From NCBI GenBank assembly GCA_963840035.1, contig CAWIXE010000002.1, positions 1,344,001-1,408,000 on the forward strand: a stretch of 64,000 nucleotides of DNA, written 5' to 3'. This DNA is from a candidate division FCPU426 bacterium. Lineage in GTDB: Bacteria; Oederibacteriota; PGYV01; Palsa-1178. A program made the translations under genes and the position numbers. The notes beneath the pieces were generated by a model, which was not told where the DNA came from, ran no database searches, and saw only the letters and a list, made by a program, of their open reading frames with translations. This document shows positions 28,082-37,440 of this stretch, one piece after another (position 1 is the first letter of the stretch; each line of letters begins with the position of its first letter).

Positions 28082-29404
28082 TTAGTCGCGTTCTTTTTTC
28101 TTTATTTTAAGCTTAATCGGTACTCCGGTAAATCCGAATGTCTCCCTGATCCTATTTTCTATATACCGCAGATAGGAAAAATGTATTTTTTCCGCCTTGT
28201 TGACAAATACGGCGAACGTAGGCGGCGCTGTCTCCACCTGTGATATGTAATATATCTTAAGTTCGCCCTTTCTGCTGAAAGGCTGCTTTTCAAACATGGC
28301 CTGCTGGAACATTTTATTTAAAAGCGACGTCTTAACCCTGAAATTATACTGGTTTTCGACGGAAAAGACAATATCAATAAGCTGGTCTAAGCCCTTCTTT
28401 TCCTTTGCAGATATGTAAAGTATGGGCGCGAAATCCGCGAAAGAAAGCGACTGCCTTATATACTCGCTGTACTCTATTTTCTTTTTATCGCGCAGTTCGC
28501 GCGGCACAAGGTCCCATTTGTTAATGACGATTATGACGCCCTTGTAATTTTCGCAGGCGTATCCCAGCATCTTCTTATCCATCTCAAGGATGCCTTCGTT
28601 CGCGTCTATGACCAGCAGGGCGAGGTGCGCCCTCCTTACATTCATGAACGCGCGGCCTATGGAGTATTCCTCGGCTTTCAGCTTCATCTTGTTGCGCTTT
28701 TTTACTCCGGCCGTATCGATGAACATCAGCTGTCTGCCGTTGATTTCCACGAGCGAATCGATGGAGTCCCTGGTGGTGCCGGGTATCTCGGTGACTATGG
28801 AACGCTCTTCTTTTATAAGCGCGTTAAAAAGCGACGACTTTCCGGCGTTTTCCCTGCCGACTATGGCAATCTTCGGGACGTTTAATTCCGCGTCAGCGTC
28901 TTTAGGCGCCGGTATATACTCTATGATGCAGTCTAAGACGTCATCCAGACCCATGGAATGCGTGACAGAAACCGGGAATACACGGTCTATTCCGAGGTTA
29001 TGAAAATCATATACCTGATTTTTCCTTTTATCATTGTCAACCTTGTTTACCACGGTTATGAATTCTTTCCCGCTTTTCTTGACAAAATCCAGTATTTCCT
29101 TATCCTCGGGCATCACACCCTCGTCCACGCTGGCCATGAAAAGCACCAGGTCAACTTCGGGGATAAGTTCCTTTACTATCTTAACCACTTCCTTTTTAAT
29201 GCGGTCAGCGTCGTTAAAGAGCAGCCCGCCGGTGTCTATGACCGTAAAACGCCTGCCAAGCCACTCGGCTTCGCCATATATTTTGTCCCTGGTTACGCCG
29301 GGATAGTCGTCTACTATGGATTTTTGCCTGTTAATAAGCCGGTTGAAAAGCGAGGATTTACCCACGTTTTCCCTGCCGACAATAAGTACCGTAAAATTGC
29401 CCAT
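28082..29404 (-). CDS. der: Ribosome biogenesis GTPase Der
   Basis: Two G domains (GRENVGKSSLFN, GRENAGKSSLFN), PGVTRD, PGTTRD, PPTF, YLRYIEN. Confidence 0.97.
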   Translation of the reverse strand: MGNFTVLIVGRENVGKSSLFNRLINRQKSIVDDYPGVTRDKIYGEAEWLGRRFTVIDTGGLLFNDADRIKKEVVKIVKELIPEVDLVLFMASVDEGVMPEDKEILDFVKKSGKEFITVVNKVDNDKRKNQVYDFHNLGIDRVFPVSVTHSMGLDDVLDCIIEYIPAPKDADAELNVPKIAIVGRENAGKSSLFNALIKEERSIVTEIPGTTRDSIDSLVEINGRQLMFIDTAGVKKRNKMKLKAEEYSIGRAFMNVRRAHLALLVIDANEGILEMDKKMLGYACENYKGVIIVINKWDLVPRELRDKKKIEYSEYIRQSLSFADFAPILYISAKEKKGLDQLIDIVFSVENQYNFRVKTSLLNKMFQQAMFEKQPFSRKGELKIYYISQVETAPPTFAVFVNKAEKIHFSYLRYIENRIRETFGFTGVPIKLKIKKKERD

Positions 29405-29554
29405 CGTTTTTGTCCTTTAAAGGATTTTAGTTCAGGTGTTCATTATTATACGTGATATGTGGAATAAAACAACTTAATTCTGAATTTTATATTTTCAATT
29501 TTCAATTAAAAAACCGGCCTCAAATGCGCGCTCCCGGCAGCGGTACAAAAAACA

Positions 29555-29578
29555 AAAACCGGGCTTTCGCCCGGTTTT
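29555..29578 (-). terminator. Intrinsic terminator after the PilZ gene
   Basis: AAAACCGGGC-TTTC-GCCCGGTTTT. Confidence 0.75.
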
Positions 29579-29593
29579 AAGTGGGATTATATA

Positions 29594-29944
29594 TTAGTTA
29601 AGGCCTGTTAAATACTTGGATAATGTCTCTGAGTCGTGCGAGCTTAAAGATATGAAGCTTACGCCCGCTATATACGCGCCGTTATCCATTCTGCACCATT
29701 CAACTTCGCCGAAAGTGTTTATTTTATTCCTGCCGCCTAATGACACGTCAAGCCTCATTACATCGCCTTCTTTTATGATGCCTTCTACCGCAAGACAAAC
29801 GCCTCTTTTTGATATATCAACAGTTGTGGCCTTCCTGTACTGAAAAGAGAGAAGGTCTACTTCTTCCCCAAACAGCTTATATTCAGCAGCTAATTCGCTT
29901 TTTTGCCTTGTGTCGATACGTCTTTCAGAGTATTTATCTTCCAT
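29594..29944 (-). CDS. PilZ domain c-di-GMP receptor
   Basis: ERRIDTR (RxxxR) and DISKRG (DxSxxG); AGGAGG SD before ATG 29944. Confidence 0.88.
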   Translation of the reverse strand: MEDKYSERRIDTRQKSELAAEYKLFGEEVDLLSFQYRKATTVDISKRGVCLAVEGIIKEGDVMRLDVSLGGRNKINTFGEVEWCRMDNGAYIAGVSFISLSSHDSETLSKYLTGLN

Positions 29945-29981
29945 GTGGCCTCCTAAAAGATGCTTTTTCAATCACAATCGT

Positions 29982-30010
29982 ATATTAAACGATTAAACTG
30001 ATTTTGTCAA
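29982..30010 (-). promoter_or_regulatory. sigma70 promoter for the PilZ gene
   Basis: TTGACA-17 nt-TAATAT. Confidence 0.6.
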
Positions 30011-30118
30011 GTTTTAATTTAAACCCTTATTTAACCGTTAAACAAATGTATATATGACAATATTTACGAAAATCAACGAAAGCGCAATATCTAAAATACT
30101 TAATTTCACGTTTTTTCA

Positions 30119-32050
30119 TTATTTCAGCCTGTCCACCCTTTCGAGCCTTCCCAATAAAACTTCGTTATCCCCATCTCCGGTTTGAACAAACCTAAAAATA
30201 TCATGCATGAGAATAGTGTCGCCCTCCATGCCGGTTATCTCCGATATGTGCGTTACCTTCCTGCTGCCATCCTTCATCCTTGCCTGTTGTACAATAATAT
30301 TAACGGCGCTTTTTACCTGCTCGCGTATCGCGCGCAGCGGCAGGTCAACCCCGGCCATTAATACCATCACATCAATTCTTGAGAGCGCGTCCTTGGGGGT
30401 ATTGGCGTGAACGGTTGTCATGGACCCTTCATGGCCTGTGTTCATGGCCTGCAGCATGTCCAGCGCCTCAGCCCCGCGGCACTCACCCACCACTATCCTG
30501 TCAGGCCTCATGCGCAGGCAATTTTTTACAAGGTCCCTTATGGTAACCGCGCCCTTGCCTTCTATATTTGCCGGGCGTGATTCAAGCCTTACCACATGCT
30601 CCTGGGTAAGTTTCAGCTCCGCCGAATCCTCCACGGTAATGACGCGCTCATTTTCCGGGATGAAAGATGACAGGACATTCAGCAGGGTGGTCTTGCCGGA
30701 ACCCGTGCCTCCTGAAATAAGTATGTTTTCGGGTTTTAGCACGGCTGCTTTTAAATAATCAACAGCCTCGGCTGAAATGGACCCGAAATTGACAAGGTCC
30801 TGCGCAGTAAGTTTCTTATCCGAAAACTTCCTTATGGTCAGCACCGGCCCGTCAAGCGCCAGGGGCGGTATAATTGCGTTTACCCTTGAACCGTCAGGCA
30901 GGCGGGCGTCGACATAAGGCATGGACTCGTCAATCCTGCGGCCCAGCGGCATGACGATCCTTTCTATGGCGCGCATGACCGAAGCGTCATCCGTGAAACG
31001 TTTGCGGCTTTTTGTGAGCCTGCCTTTCATTTCTATATAAATATCATCGTGGCGGTTTACCATAACCTCGCTTATTTCGGGATTGCTTAGAAGGTCTTCG
31101 ATTGCCCCCAGGCCCGTGACTTCCTGAAAAACACACTTCACCAGCGCTTCCCTTCCGTCCCTGTCTGCGGGCGCTTCCTTTTCCCCGTCAAGGAGCTGCC
31201 TGATTATGCGTTTTATCTCCTCGTGTATCCTTGCTTTTTTCTCCGGATGGGTCAGCGCGTCTTTTTCCAGGTTTTTCATTTCAATCATATCAAAAAGCTT
31301 CCTGTGCACTGATTTAATAATATCATAATTAAATGCGTCACTTTTGTCCGCCCGGACTGCCCCCTCGCAGATTCCTTCAACGGAAACAGCTTTTTTGGTG
31401 TTTGCGTTTCCTTCAAGTATCGACGCCGCAAGCCCGTTTATGCCTTCATTAAACCCGTCATTATGTTTTTTTCCGAAGTATATTCCGCCTGTTTCCTGCA
31501 TGGACTTAATGTATGGTATGACCGCCGCAACTTTGACATTCTTAAATATGGTCCTGACATCCTCGGCGGTTATCAGCGAGTTTTCCGCCTTGTTAACCAC
31601 CACATTTATCATCTGCGCGGGATATCCTTTTTCCAGCAGGCTTGTTATCAGCGTTGAGGCGTTTTTAACATCCGCGGGGTTCAATGTCACGGTTATGATT
31701 ATTTTATGGGCCATTTCCATCAGCGCTTTTGAAGGCATCATGGCGCAGTCAACCACCAGCACGTCAAGCATGCCGTTTAACGCCTTTACTGTCGCGGCAG
31801 CGTCGTCAGACCATATCAGGGAAAATCCGTTATCCTCATGCTTTAATTCTTCGTGCTCAAACCGGCCGCGGAACTCGTGATTCTTACTGGTATTTAACAT
31901 GTACTGCGTATCATACATGAGGCTGTTAAGCTCTAAAAATCCGGCTTTTATTCCCCTCGCCCGCGAAATGGCCTCAGCCGTGTTTAAGGCGATGGTGGTC
32001 CGCCCGCTTCCGGTTTTATTTCCTATGAACAGTGCTACTTTTTCCATCAC
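30119..32050 (-). CDS. CpaE/MinD-like domain fused to CpaF/TadA pilus ATPase
   Basis: N-terminal [10 protein letters not shown] deviant Walker A, VLVVD, VVVNK. C-terminal [47 protein letters not shown]. Confidence 0.9.
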   Translation of the reverse strand: MMEKVALFIGNKTGSGRTTIALNTAEAISRARGIKAGFLELNSLMYDTQYMLNTSKNHEFRGRFEHEELKHEDNGFSLIWSDDAAATVKALNGMLDVLVVDCAMMPSKALMEMAHKIIITVTLNPADVKNASTLITSLLEKGYPAQMINVVVNKAENSLITAEDVRTIFKNVKVAAVIPYIKSMQETGGIYFGKKHNDGFNEGINGLAASILEGNANTKKAVSVEGICEGAVRADKSDAFNYDIIKSVHRKLFDMIEMKNLEKDALTHPEKKARIHEEIKRIIRQLLDGEKEAPADRDGREALVKCVFQEVTGLGAIEDLLSNPEISEVMVNRHDDIYIEMKGRLTKSRKRFTDDASVMRAIERIVMPLGRRIDESMPYVDARLPDGSRVNAIIPPLALDGPVLTIRKFSDKKLTAQDLVNFGSISAEAVDYLKAAVLKPENILISGGTGSGKTTLLNVLSSFIPENERVITVEDSAELKLTQEHVVRLESRPANIEGKGAVTIRDLVKNCLRMRPDRIVVGECRGAEALDMLQAMNTGHEGSMTTVHANTPKDALSRIDVMVLMAGVDLPLRAIREQVKSAVNIIVQQARMKDGSRKVTHISEITGMEGDTILMHDIFRFVQTGDGDNEVLLGRLERVDRLK

Positions 32051-33051
32051 ATAGATTCCTGTCCGGAAATCTTCGGCGTTACAAATATGACAAGCTCGGT
32101 CCTCTTATTCTGGGTTTTTGTGGACTTAAAGAGTTCCCCCAGCAGGGGTATGAGTGAAAGCACAGGCACGCCTTCAGTTATCCTGACTTCCTGGTTTTCT
32201 ATGAGCCCGGCAATAACAACGGTATTTTCCGGCTCTACAATGATATTTGTCTCAGCCCACCTTGTTTTGATGGCAGGCACTGTTGAGGTCCCGATACTTA
32301 CGGCGTTCGCGTAATCCAGGTTTGACACTTCAGCACGCAGTTCAGCCTTTATATTATTCTGTTTATCTATTTCCGGGTTTATATCAAGCCCTACCCCGTA
32401 TTTCTTCCATTCAACGGCTGCCTGGCCCTGATTGTTTACGGTCACTAAAGGGACTTCACCGCCTGACATGAACCGCGCCTTCTTACCGTTGGCCGTTAAA
32501 AGTTTAGGTTTAGCCAGGACTTTTGCGTAATTATTCTTTACAAGGAAATCCACAAGCAGGCTTATCCGCCCCCTGTTAAATGTACCGTTAAATAGCTTCA
32601 GTGTGTTTGCGGGCTGTTCCAGGATGTTTAACGGGGATATCGGCAGGTTTTTATCAGGTATTGCGCCGTTTAGCAGCGTGGGCCAGTCTATGCCGAAGTT
32701 ACCTTCGTCAGAATGTATTATCTCAAGTATCTGGACATCCACTTCCACCATGAGGTCGTTCATCATGGATTTTTTCACGTTTACCACCACGGTCTCAGCG
32801 CCCTTTGCGCCTGTGATGCTGATAACCGCGGTCCCCGCTTTTTTCCCTTCCACAATTATTTCCTCTTCGGAGAGGATCGTGGCGCCGGCTACGCCGGTTT
32901 TTGAAGATGTTACTTCGCGGGCTTTGTCGCACTTGATGATCCTTGAGGCACCTTCTTTGACGCTAATCTCCCGTGTTTCCGCGCGCAGGCATAAAAAAGA
33001 TAAAAATAGAAATAGAAATACAAATGAAAATTGTCTGGTTTTCATGCTCAT
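32047..33051 (-). CDS. CpaC/RcpA-type secretin
   Basis: Signal peptide, KVLAKPKL, FMSGGEVP, YGVGLDINP, IAGLI, VPVLSLIPLLGELFKS, TELVIFVTP. Confidence 0.9.
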   Translation of the reverse strand: MSMKTRQFSFVFLFLFLSFLCLRAETREISVKEGASRIIKCDKAREVTSSKTGVAGATILSEEEIIVEGKKAGTAVISITGAKGAETVVVNVKKSMMNDLMVEVDVQILEIIHSDEGNFGIDWPTLLNGAIPDKNLPISPLNILEQPANTLKLFNGTFNRGRISLLVDFLVKNNYAKVLAKPKLLTANGKKARFMSGGEVPLVTVNNQGQAAVEWKKYGVGLDINPEIDKQNNIKAELRAEVSNLDYANAVSIGTSTVPAIKTRWAETNIIVEPENTVVIAGLIENQEVRITEGVPVLSLIPLLGELFKSTKTQNKRTELVIFVTPKISGQESM

Positions 33052-33076
33052 CCCCTCTATATTTTTTTACGGCGGA

Positions 33077-33105
33077 ATTATACAATAGCGCCATGTTGGC
33101 GTCAA
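33077..33105 (-). promoter_or_regulatory. sigma70 promoter of the secretin-ATPase operon
   Basis: TTGACG-17 nt-TATAAT with an extended TG. Confidence 0.7.
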
Positions 33106-33160
33106 TATAATTCCGGTTTAATACCCGCGGCAAAAAAACGTTTACAGCCCTTATGCAGCC

Positions 33161-34207
33161 CTATTTTACGGCCGCCATACGCTTACCGCCGCTTTTCTTA
33201 GGCCTTGCCGATACGTGATTAAAAAGCGATATGGTCTCAAGTATCGGACGTATGGATTTTAAACCGTGAAAATAAACGCTAAAATCGCGGTACCAGCTCA
33301 TGTTGCACTGGTTGCACTTTATCATTTTAAGGTCATCATTGGTAAGCTCCCACAGGCTTCCGAGCGGTTTTGGAAGGTGCATGCACGGATAAATGTTAAA
33401 AAACCAGTCAACAAACAGGACTTTGGAACCGCCATAACAGTGATAGACCGCCTTATCCGGATGGTCCAGATATGAAATAATATTTTTCATGGATGAAACA
33501 TTATTAAGGATATTGTATCTGCCGGTCTTTTTCAGGCGTATCACGTCGTGCAGCGCCTTTGTTATTTCTTCCGGAGTCAGCTGTACGGTTTCCCCTCCCA
33601 GCGGATATACCGTTGACTTTGATATCTCGGGATAATTTACGGAGATATAGTCAAATCCCATTTCGTTGAGCCTGTCAAAGAGCAAGCCGAGTTTATCATG
33701 GCTCTCTTTCCAGATTAACACCGAGGCCATTGTCTTTAAGCCATGCTTTGCCGCATGGGCAACGCCTTTTTCAATATGCCCTAGCAGTCCCGGGATGCCC
33801 CGTGACTTTTCTATAATTGCCGGATCATGTGAATCCACGGAAACGCACAATATATCGGCGCCGGATGCCTTAAGACCGGCTATGGCCTCTTCCTTTAACA
33901 GCCTGGCGTCGGCGTTAAGAATAAGCGTGTGTATGTGCCTGGATGTGCAGTGGCTGATGAATTCAAAAATATTGGGGTTAAAAAGCGGGTCCCCGCCTGT
34001 CATGGTTATATGGGCGACCCCTAATTCGGAGAGTTTGTCGATTGCCTTTAAGCCTTCTTCCCTGCCGATGATTACCTTTTCCTTTTGTTTCCAGATGCCG
34101 CAAAATGTGCACCTGGCCGAGCAGCAATTTGTGATCCCAAATTCAGCCACCCTGATCTTGTTTGCCAAAAAATGATTAAGAAAAAGAGCCCTCTTTTTTC
34201 TGATCAT
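33161..34207 (-). CDS. Radical SAM protein with C-terminal twitch/SPASM-like cysteines
   Basis: CSARCTFC, TGGDP, VSVDS, CYGG..VDWFFNIYPC..CNQC. Confidence 0.88.
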   Translation of the reverse strand: MIRKKRALFLNHFLANKIRVAEFGITNCCSARCTFCGIWKQKEKVIIGREEGLKAIDKLSELGVAHITMTGGDPLFNPNIFEFISHCTSRHIHTLILNADARLLKEEAIAGLKASGADILCVSVDSHDPAIIEKSRGIPGLLGHIEKGVAHAAKHGLKTMASVLIWKESHDKLGLLFDRLNEMGFDYISVNYPEISKSTVYPLGGETVQLTPEEITKALHDVIRLKKTGRYNILNNVSSMKNIISYLDHPDKAVYHCYGGSKVLFVDWFFNIYPCMHLPKPLGSLWELTNDDLKMIKCNQCNMSWYRDFSVYFHGLKSIRPILETISLFNHVSARPKKSGGKRMAAVK

Positions 34208-34227
34208 ATTTCCCCCTTGTAGTTAAA

Positions 34228-35232
34228 TCAAAACCCCGGTTTTGTCCCTTTTTTTGTACTGAATATTGAATCCATGTATTTTTTATAGAACTTAATCCTC
34301 ATGTACTTCTTAAAATCCTGCCCGGCGTCCTTTACCATGCTTTCAAGCAGTTCTTTCTTAGTGTTATCAACCGTATAAATCTTGCCCATCTCCTGCGTTA
34401 CCTTTGGTTCCATCCTCAAATACTTATGCCCCGCGTTTTGCATTATGTGCCTTGCCATGTATTCCGAGGATACAGACTGGGCTGTCATGAACACGTTTAT
34501 GATATCAAGCCCCCAGCTGAGCATGGAATTCAGTTTATTCTTCCTCTTTATCTCCTCCAGATAACTTGCCACTGAAAGCACGACCACTTTTTTCCCGCTC
34601 CCGGATTTTCCCAGAAAATACTTATAAGCCTCTATTATCCCGATTATCGACGGGTTGTTAGCCCATACGCCGCCGTCAGTATACCCGTCGCCATGGCCGT
34701 TTAATCCCGGAAAATACTCAGGCAGGTATGTAGGCGCGGCTGAGGAGCATGCCACAGCCTGCCACATGGGCACGTTCTTATCCTTGATGTATTTTTTATT
34801 ATGGGGGGTCTTAAATATGCGGGTTTTGCCTTTGGTAACGTTAAAAGTATTGATGCACAGATAACACGGCGACTCGCCGATTGTGCGGTCATGATAAAGT
34901 TCTTTTAGTTCCCTGATGAGCGCTTTATTGTCATGCTTGCTGCTTATAAGGACCTGTTTAAATTTCCTGACCCAGTCCATCAGTGAAAATTCAACATTAT
35001 GCCCGAATATCCCCGGCCCCTTATCCGCGAAGAACCCGCGCAGCTGACCTGCGCTTAATCCGCTGGCCAGGCCGCAGGCAATTATAGCCCCAGCCGAGGT
35101 GCCGACTATAAGGTCAAAGTGGTCCGTCAGCTTCTTCCCGTAGTGTTTTTCTATTGATTCAAGCAGCGCCGCCGAGTAAATCCCCAGCATTCCGCCGCCG
35201 TCTATGGCAAGTATTCTGAAATCCTTTGGCAT
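34228..35232 (-). CDS. Patatin-like phospholipase, CapV-like
   Basis: ILAIDGGG, GTSAG nucleophile, FKTPHN, SSAAPTY, DGGVWANNP. Confidence 0.88.
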   Translation of the reverse strand: MPKDFRILAIDGGGMLGIYSAALLESIEKHYGKKLTDHFDLIVGTSAGAIIACGLASGLSAGQLRGFFADKGPGIFGHNVEFSLMDWVRKFKQVLISSKHDNKALIRELKELYHDRTIGESPCYLCINTFNVTKGKTRIFKTPHNKKYIKDKNVPMWQAVACSSAAPTYLPEYFPGLNGHGDGYTDGGVWANNPSIIGIIEAYKYFLGKSGSGKKVVVLSVASYLEEIKRKNKLNSMLSWGLDIINVFMTAQSVSSEYMARHIMQNAGHKYLRMEPKVTQEMGKIYTVDNTKKELLESMVKDAGQDFKKYMRIKFYKKYMDSIFSTKKGTKPGF

Positions 35233-35262
35233 GTTTTTTAGCCCCCCTAATGTATGTACGTT

Positions 35263-35291
35263 ATTATAATAAATAATGCTGTGGTTGTAAA
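35263..35291 (-). promoter_or_regulatory. sigma70 promoter of the patatin-radical SAM unit
   Basis: TTTACA-17 nt-TATAAT. Confidence 0.65.
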
Positions 35292-35426
35292 GGTAAGGTT
35301 AGAAAGGCAGGTGCATGGTAAAGTATCCGAGACAAGAGATAGGAGACTGGAGTAAGGCGTGTATTTTGCCTCCTGTCTCCTGTCTCTCATTTACTCTGAC
35401 ATGCACTATAGAACACCCTCGCACCC

Positions 35427-35455
35427 TTGACACCCCCACACATCCCCTGTATTAT
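35427..35455 (+). promoter_or_regulatory. sigma70 promoter giving a leaderless transcript
   Basis: TTGACA-17 nt-TATTAT, then 6 nt and the ATG at 35462. Confidence 0.7.
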
Positions 35456-35461
35456 ATATTT

Positions 35462-36031
35462 ATGGACAAACACACTTTAAGAAAACAGACGAAAACAAGA
35501 CGCGACATAATGGCTCCTGAAATGGTAATACGCTTAAGCGCTAAAATAACCGGAAAATTTTTGGATGAATTATATCCGCAGCTTCCGGTTGTAAAGTGCG
35601 CCATGGCTTACATGCCCATCCAGAGCGAGGTTAAGACTTTAAGGCTCATAAATACCCTTATTACCCGCGGTATACGGGTATATGTTCCCTCTGTTTCCGG
35701 AGACAAGATGACCCCGGTGCTGTACACAAAAAGCTGCAAACTCGTAAAAGGCGCGTTTAAAATAAATGAACCCGCGAGGAAAAAAGCCATAGATTCGCAT
35801 AAGTGCATCGGCCTGGTCATAGTTCCGGGCATTGCCTTTGACCTGAAAGGCCACAGGATAGGCTTCGGCAAAGGGTTTTATGACAGGTTCTTAAAAAAAC
35901 TACCGTCAAAAACCGTCAAGGTCGGGGTTGCATTTGAAAAACAGCTTGTAGCTGATATCCCCCATGAGAAGCATGACGTACACATGGATTATATAGTAAC
36001 GGAAAAAAGAATACTAAGGATAGCCCGATGA
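35462..36031 (+). CDS. 5-formyltetrahydrofolate cyclo-ligase
   Basis: K..LRK, SEV, INEP, VIVPGIAFD.KGHRIGFGKGFYDRFL, EKHD, IVTE. True start at MDKHTLRK (35462). Confidence 0.93.
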   Translation: MDKHTLRKQTKTRRDIMAPEMVIRLSAKITGKFLDELYPQLPVVKCAMAYMPIQSEVKTLRLINTLITRGIRVYVPSVSGDKMTPVLYTKSCKLVKGAFKINEPARKKAIDSHKCIGLVIVPGIAFDLKGHRIGFGKGFYDRFLKKLPSKTVKVGVAFEKQLVADIPHEKHDVHMDYIVTEKRILRIAR

Positions 36032-36549
36032 AACCGACAAAATCAGAGAAGATATATAAAGGCAGGATATTCGAGCTTAAAAAAGAGACATTCAAGCTTA
36101 AAGGCAATATTATAACAAGAGAGATCATATATCACCCCGGTTCTGCCCTGATGATACCGGTACTGGATGTTAAAAAGAAAACCATAATAATGATAAAGCA
36201 ATACAGGCACGCGGCAGGCGGAGAAATCATTGAGTTCCCTGCCGGCACAAAGGATAAGGGCGAATCATACAGGGCCTGCGCTTCAAGGGAGCTTGTGGAA
36301 GAGATAGGTTATAAACCCCGCAAAGTAAAGGAAATCACAAGGTTTTATCTCGCGCCCGGGACCATGACAGAAATAATGGCCCTTTTCCTGTGCACAAACC
36401 TGAAAAAGCAGGAACAGGACCTTGAAATAGACGAAAAGATAAAGCCGTTCATAACCACAGTGGATGAGGCGGTAAGGATGGTTAAAACAGGTAAAATAAA
36501 GGATGCGAAGACGATATTAGCGGTTTTAATGCTCCGCGATCTATTGTAG
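36028..36549 (+). CDS. NUDIX hydrolase (ADP-ribose pyrophosphatase-like)
   Basis: HPGS, QYRH, EFPAG..DKGE..ACASRELVEEIG Nudix box, IKDAKT. Confidence 0.92.
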   Translation: MKPTKSEKIYKGRIFELKKETFKLKGNIITREIIYHPGSALMIPVLDVKKKTIIMIKQYRHAAGGEIIEFPAGTKDKGESYRACASRELVEEIGYKPRKVKEITRFYLAPGTMTEIMALFLCTNLKKQEQDLEIDEKIKPFITTVDEAVRMVKTGKIKDAKTILAVLMLRDLL

Positions 36550-36576
36550 GGACAGCGCTCCCGCGCTGTCCGCCAG
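36546..36576 (+). repeat. REP element (left copy)
   Basis: GTAG-GGACAGCGC-TCC-CGCGCTGTCC-GCCAG. Confidence 0.92.
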
Positions 36577-36599
36577 TGCTTTGTTCTTACTGCAGCAAA

Positions 36600-37187
36600 T
36601 CATCGGTCCGTCTTCTCTTTCTTGACTTCATCGGTTAATTTCTTATAATAGCCATTTTTATCCAAACCGGACTTATGATTCTCAGCATCTTCCATCCATT
36701 TTGCCGGATTGTTTTTAATGTACTCCCTTACAAAATCAAGCCCATAACTGCCCTTTACAATACTGTCCCAGTAAGATCTCTGCCACTTAAACCCCAACCC
36801 AGCCTGCCTGGTTTTTCTGGTCACAAAACTCTTATATGCCTGAACTATTGCGGGTATGGACCTCGTCCCATCAAAGCGCATATCATTTATCCTTATTAAA
36901 GCGTGAATGTGGTTGGGCATAATAACAAAACAATCTATTTCGATCGTTTCATAATACTTTTGAAGCTCCCCGAATTGGTTGTATGCTATCATACCCCGAT
37001 CATTTAATTTTAATTCCCCGCCGGCGATTTCGCCGAATACACATTCGGCTTTATCAACGCAAGCTGTAATAAAATATGACCCTATTTCCGAGTAATTAAA
37101 TGCGTAAAGACGGTTGCGTTTTCTTTCAGGCATTGGTATTTGGGAATGTGAAATTTGTTTTAAACGTACTGATTCCTTATCCGGCAT
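36600..37187 (-). mobile_element. REP-associated tyrosine transposase (RAYT, IS200/Y1 HUH family)
   Basis: RKRNRL..FNYS..GSYFITAC, FVIMPNHIH (HUH), WQRSYWD, YIKNNP (catalytic Tyr); flanked by inverted GTAG REPs. Confidence 0.92.
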
Positions 37188-37233
37188 TTTTGGATCCCCC
37201 CTACATTTTAAATCAAGTTCTTACCCCGAACAA

Positions 37234-37440
37234 CTGGCGGACAGCGCGGGAGCGCTGTCCCTACAACACAAACCACTGCTGGCGGACAGCGCGGGAGCGC
37301 TGTCCCTACAACACAAACCTGCTGGCGGACAGCGCGGGAGCGCTGTCCCTACAACACAAACCACTGCTGGCGGACAGCGCGGGAGCGCTGTCCCTACAAT
37401 ACAAAACAACTGGCGGACAGCGCGGGAGCGCTGTCCCTAC
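37234..37440 (-). repeat. Array of five identical 31-bp REP elements
   Basis: CTGGCGGACAGCGCGGGAGCGCTGTCCCTAC at 37234, 37279, 37322, 37367 and 37410, with 12-14 nt AC-rich linkers. Confidence 0.96.

Noticed and set aside
33161..34207. Prokaryotic viperin
   Set aside because: Lacks the viperin N.H....CNY.C.FCF context and has twitch/SPASM-like cysteines instead.
34228..35232. Complete CBASS system
   Set aside because: No CD-NTase or Cap2/Cap3 gene in the window; kept only as an orphan CapV-like finding.
37234..37440. CRISPR array
   Set aside because: Linkers are only 12-14 nt and near-identical, the repeat carries GTAG plus a hairpin, it flanks a RAYT, and no cas genes are present.
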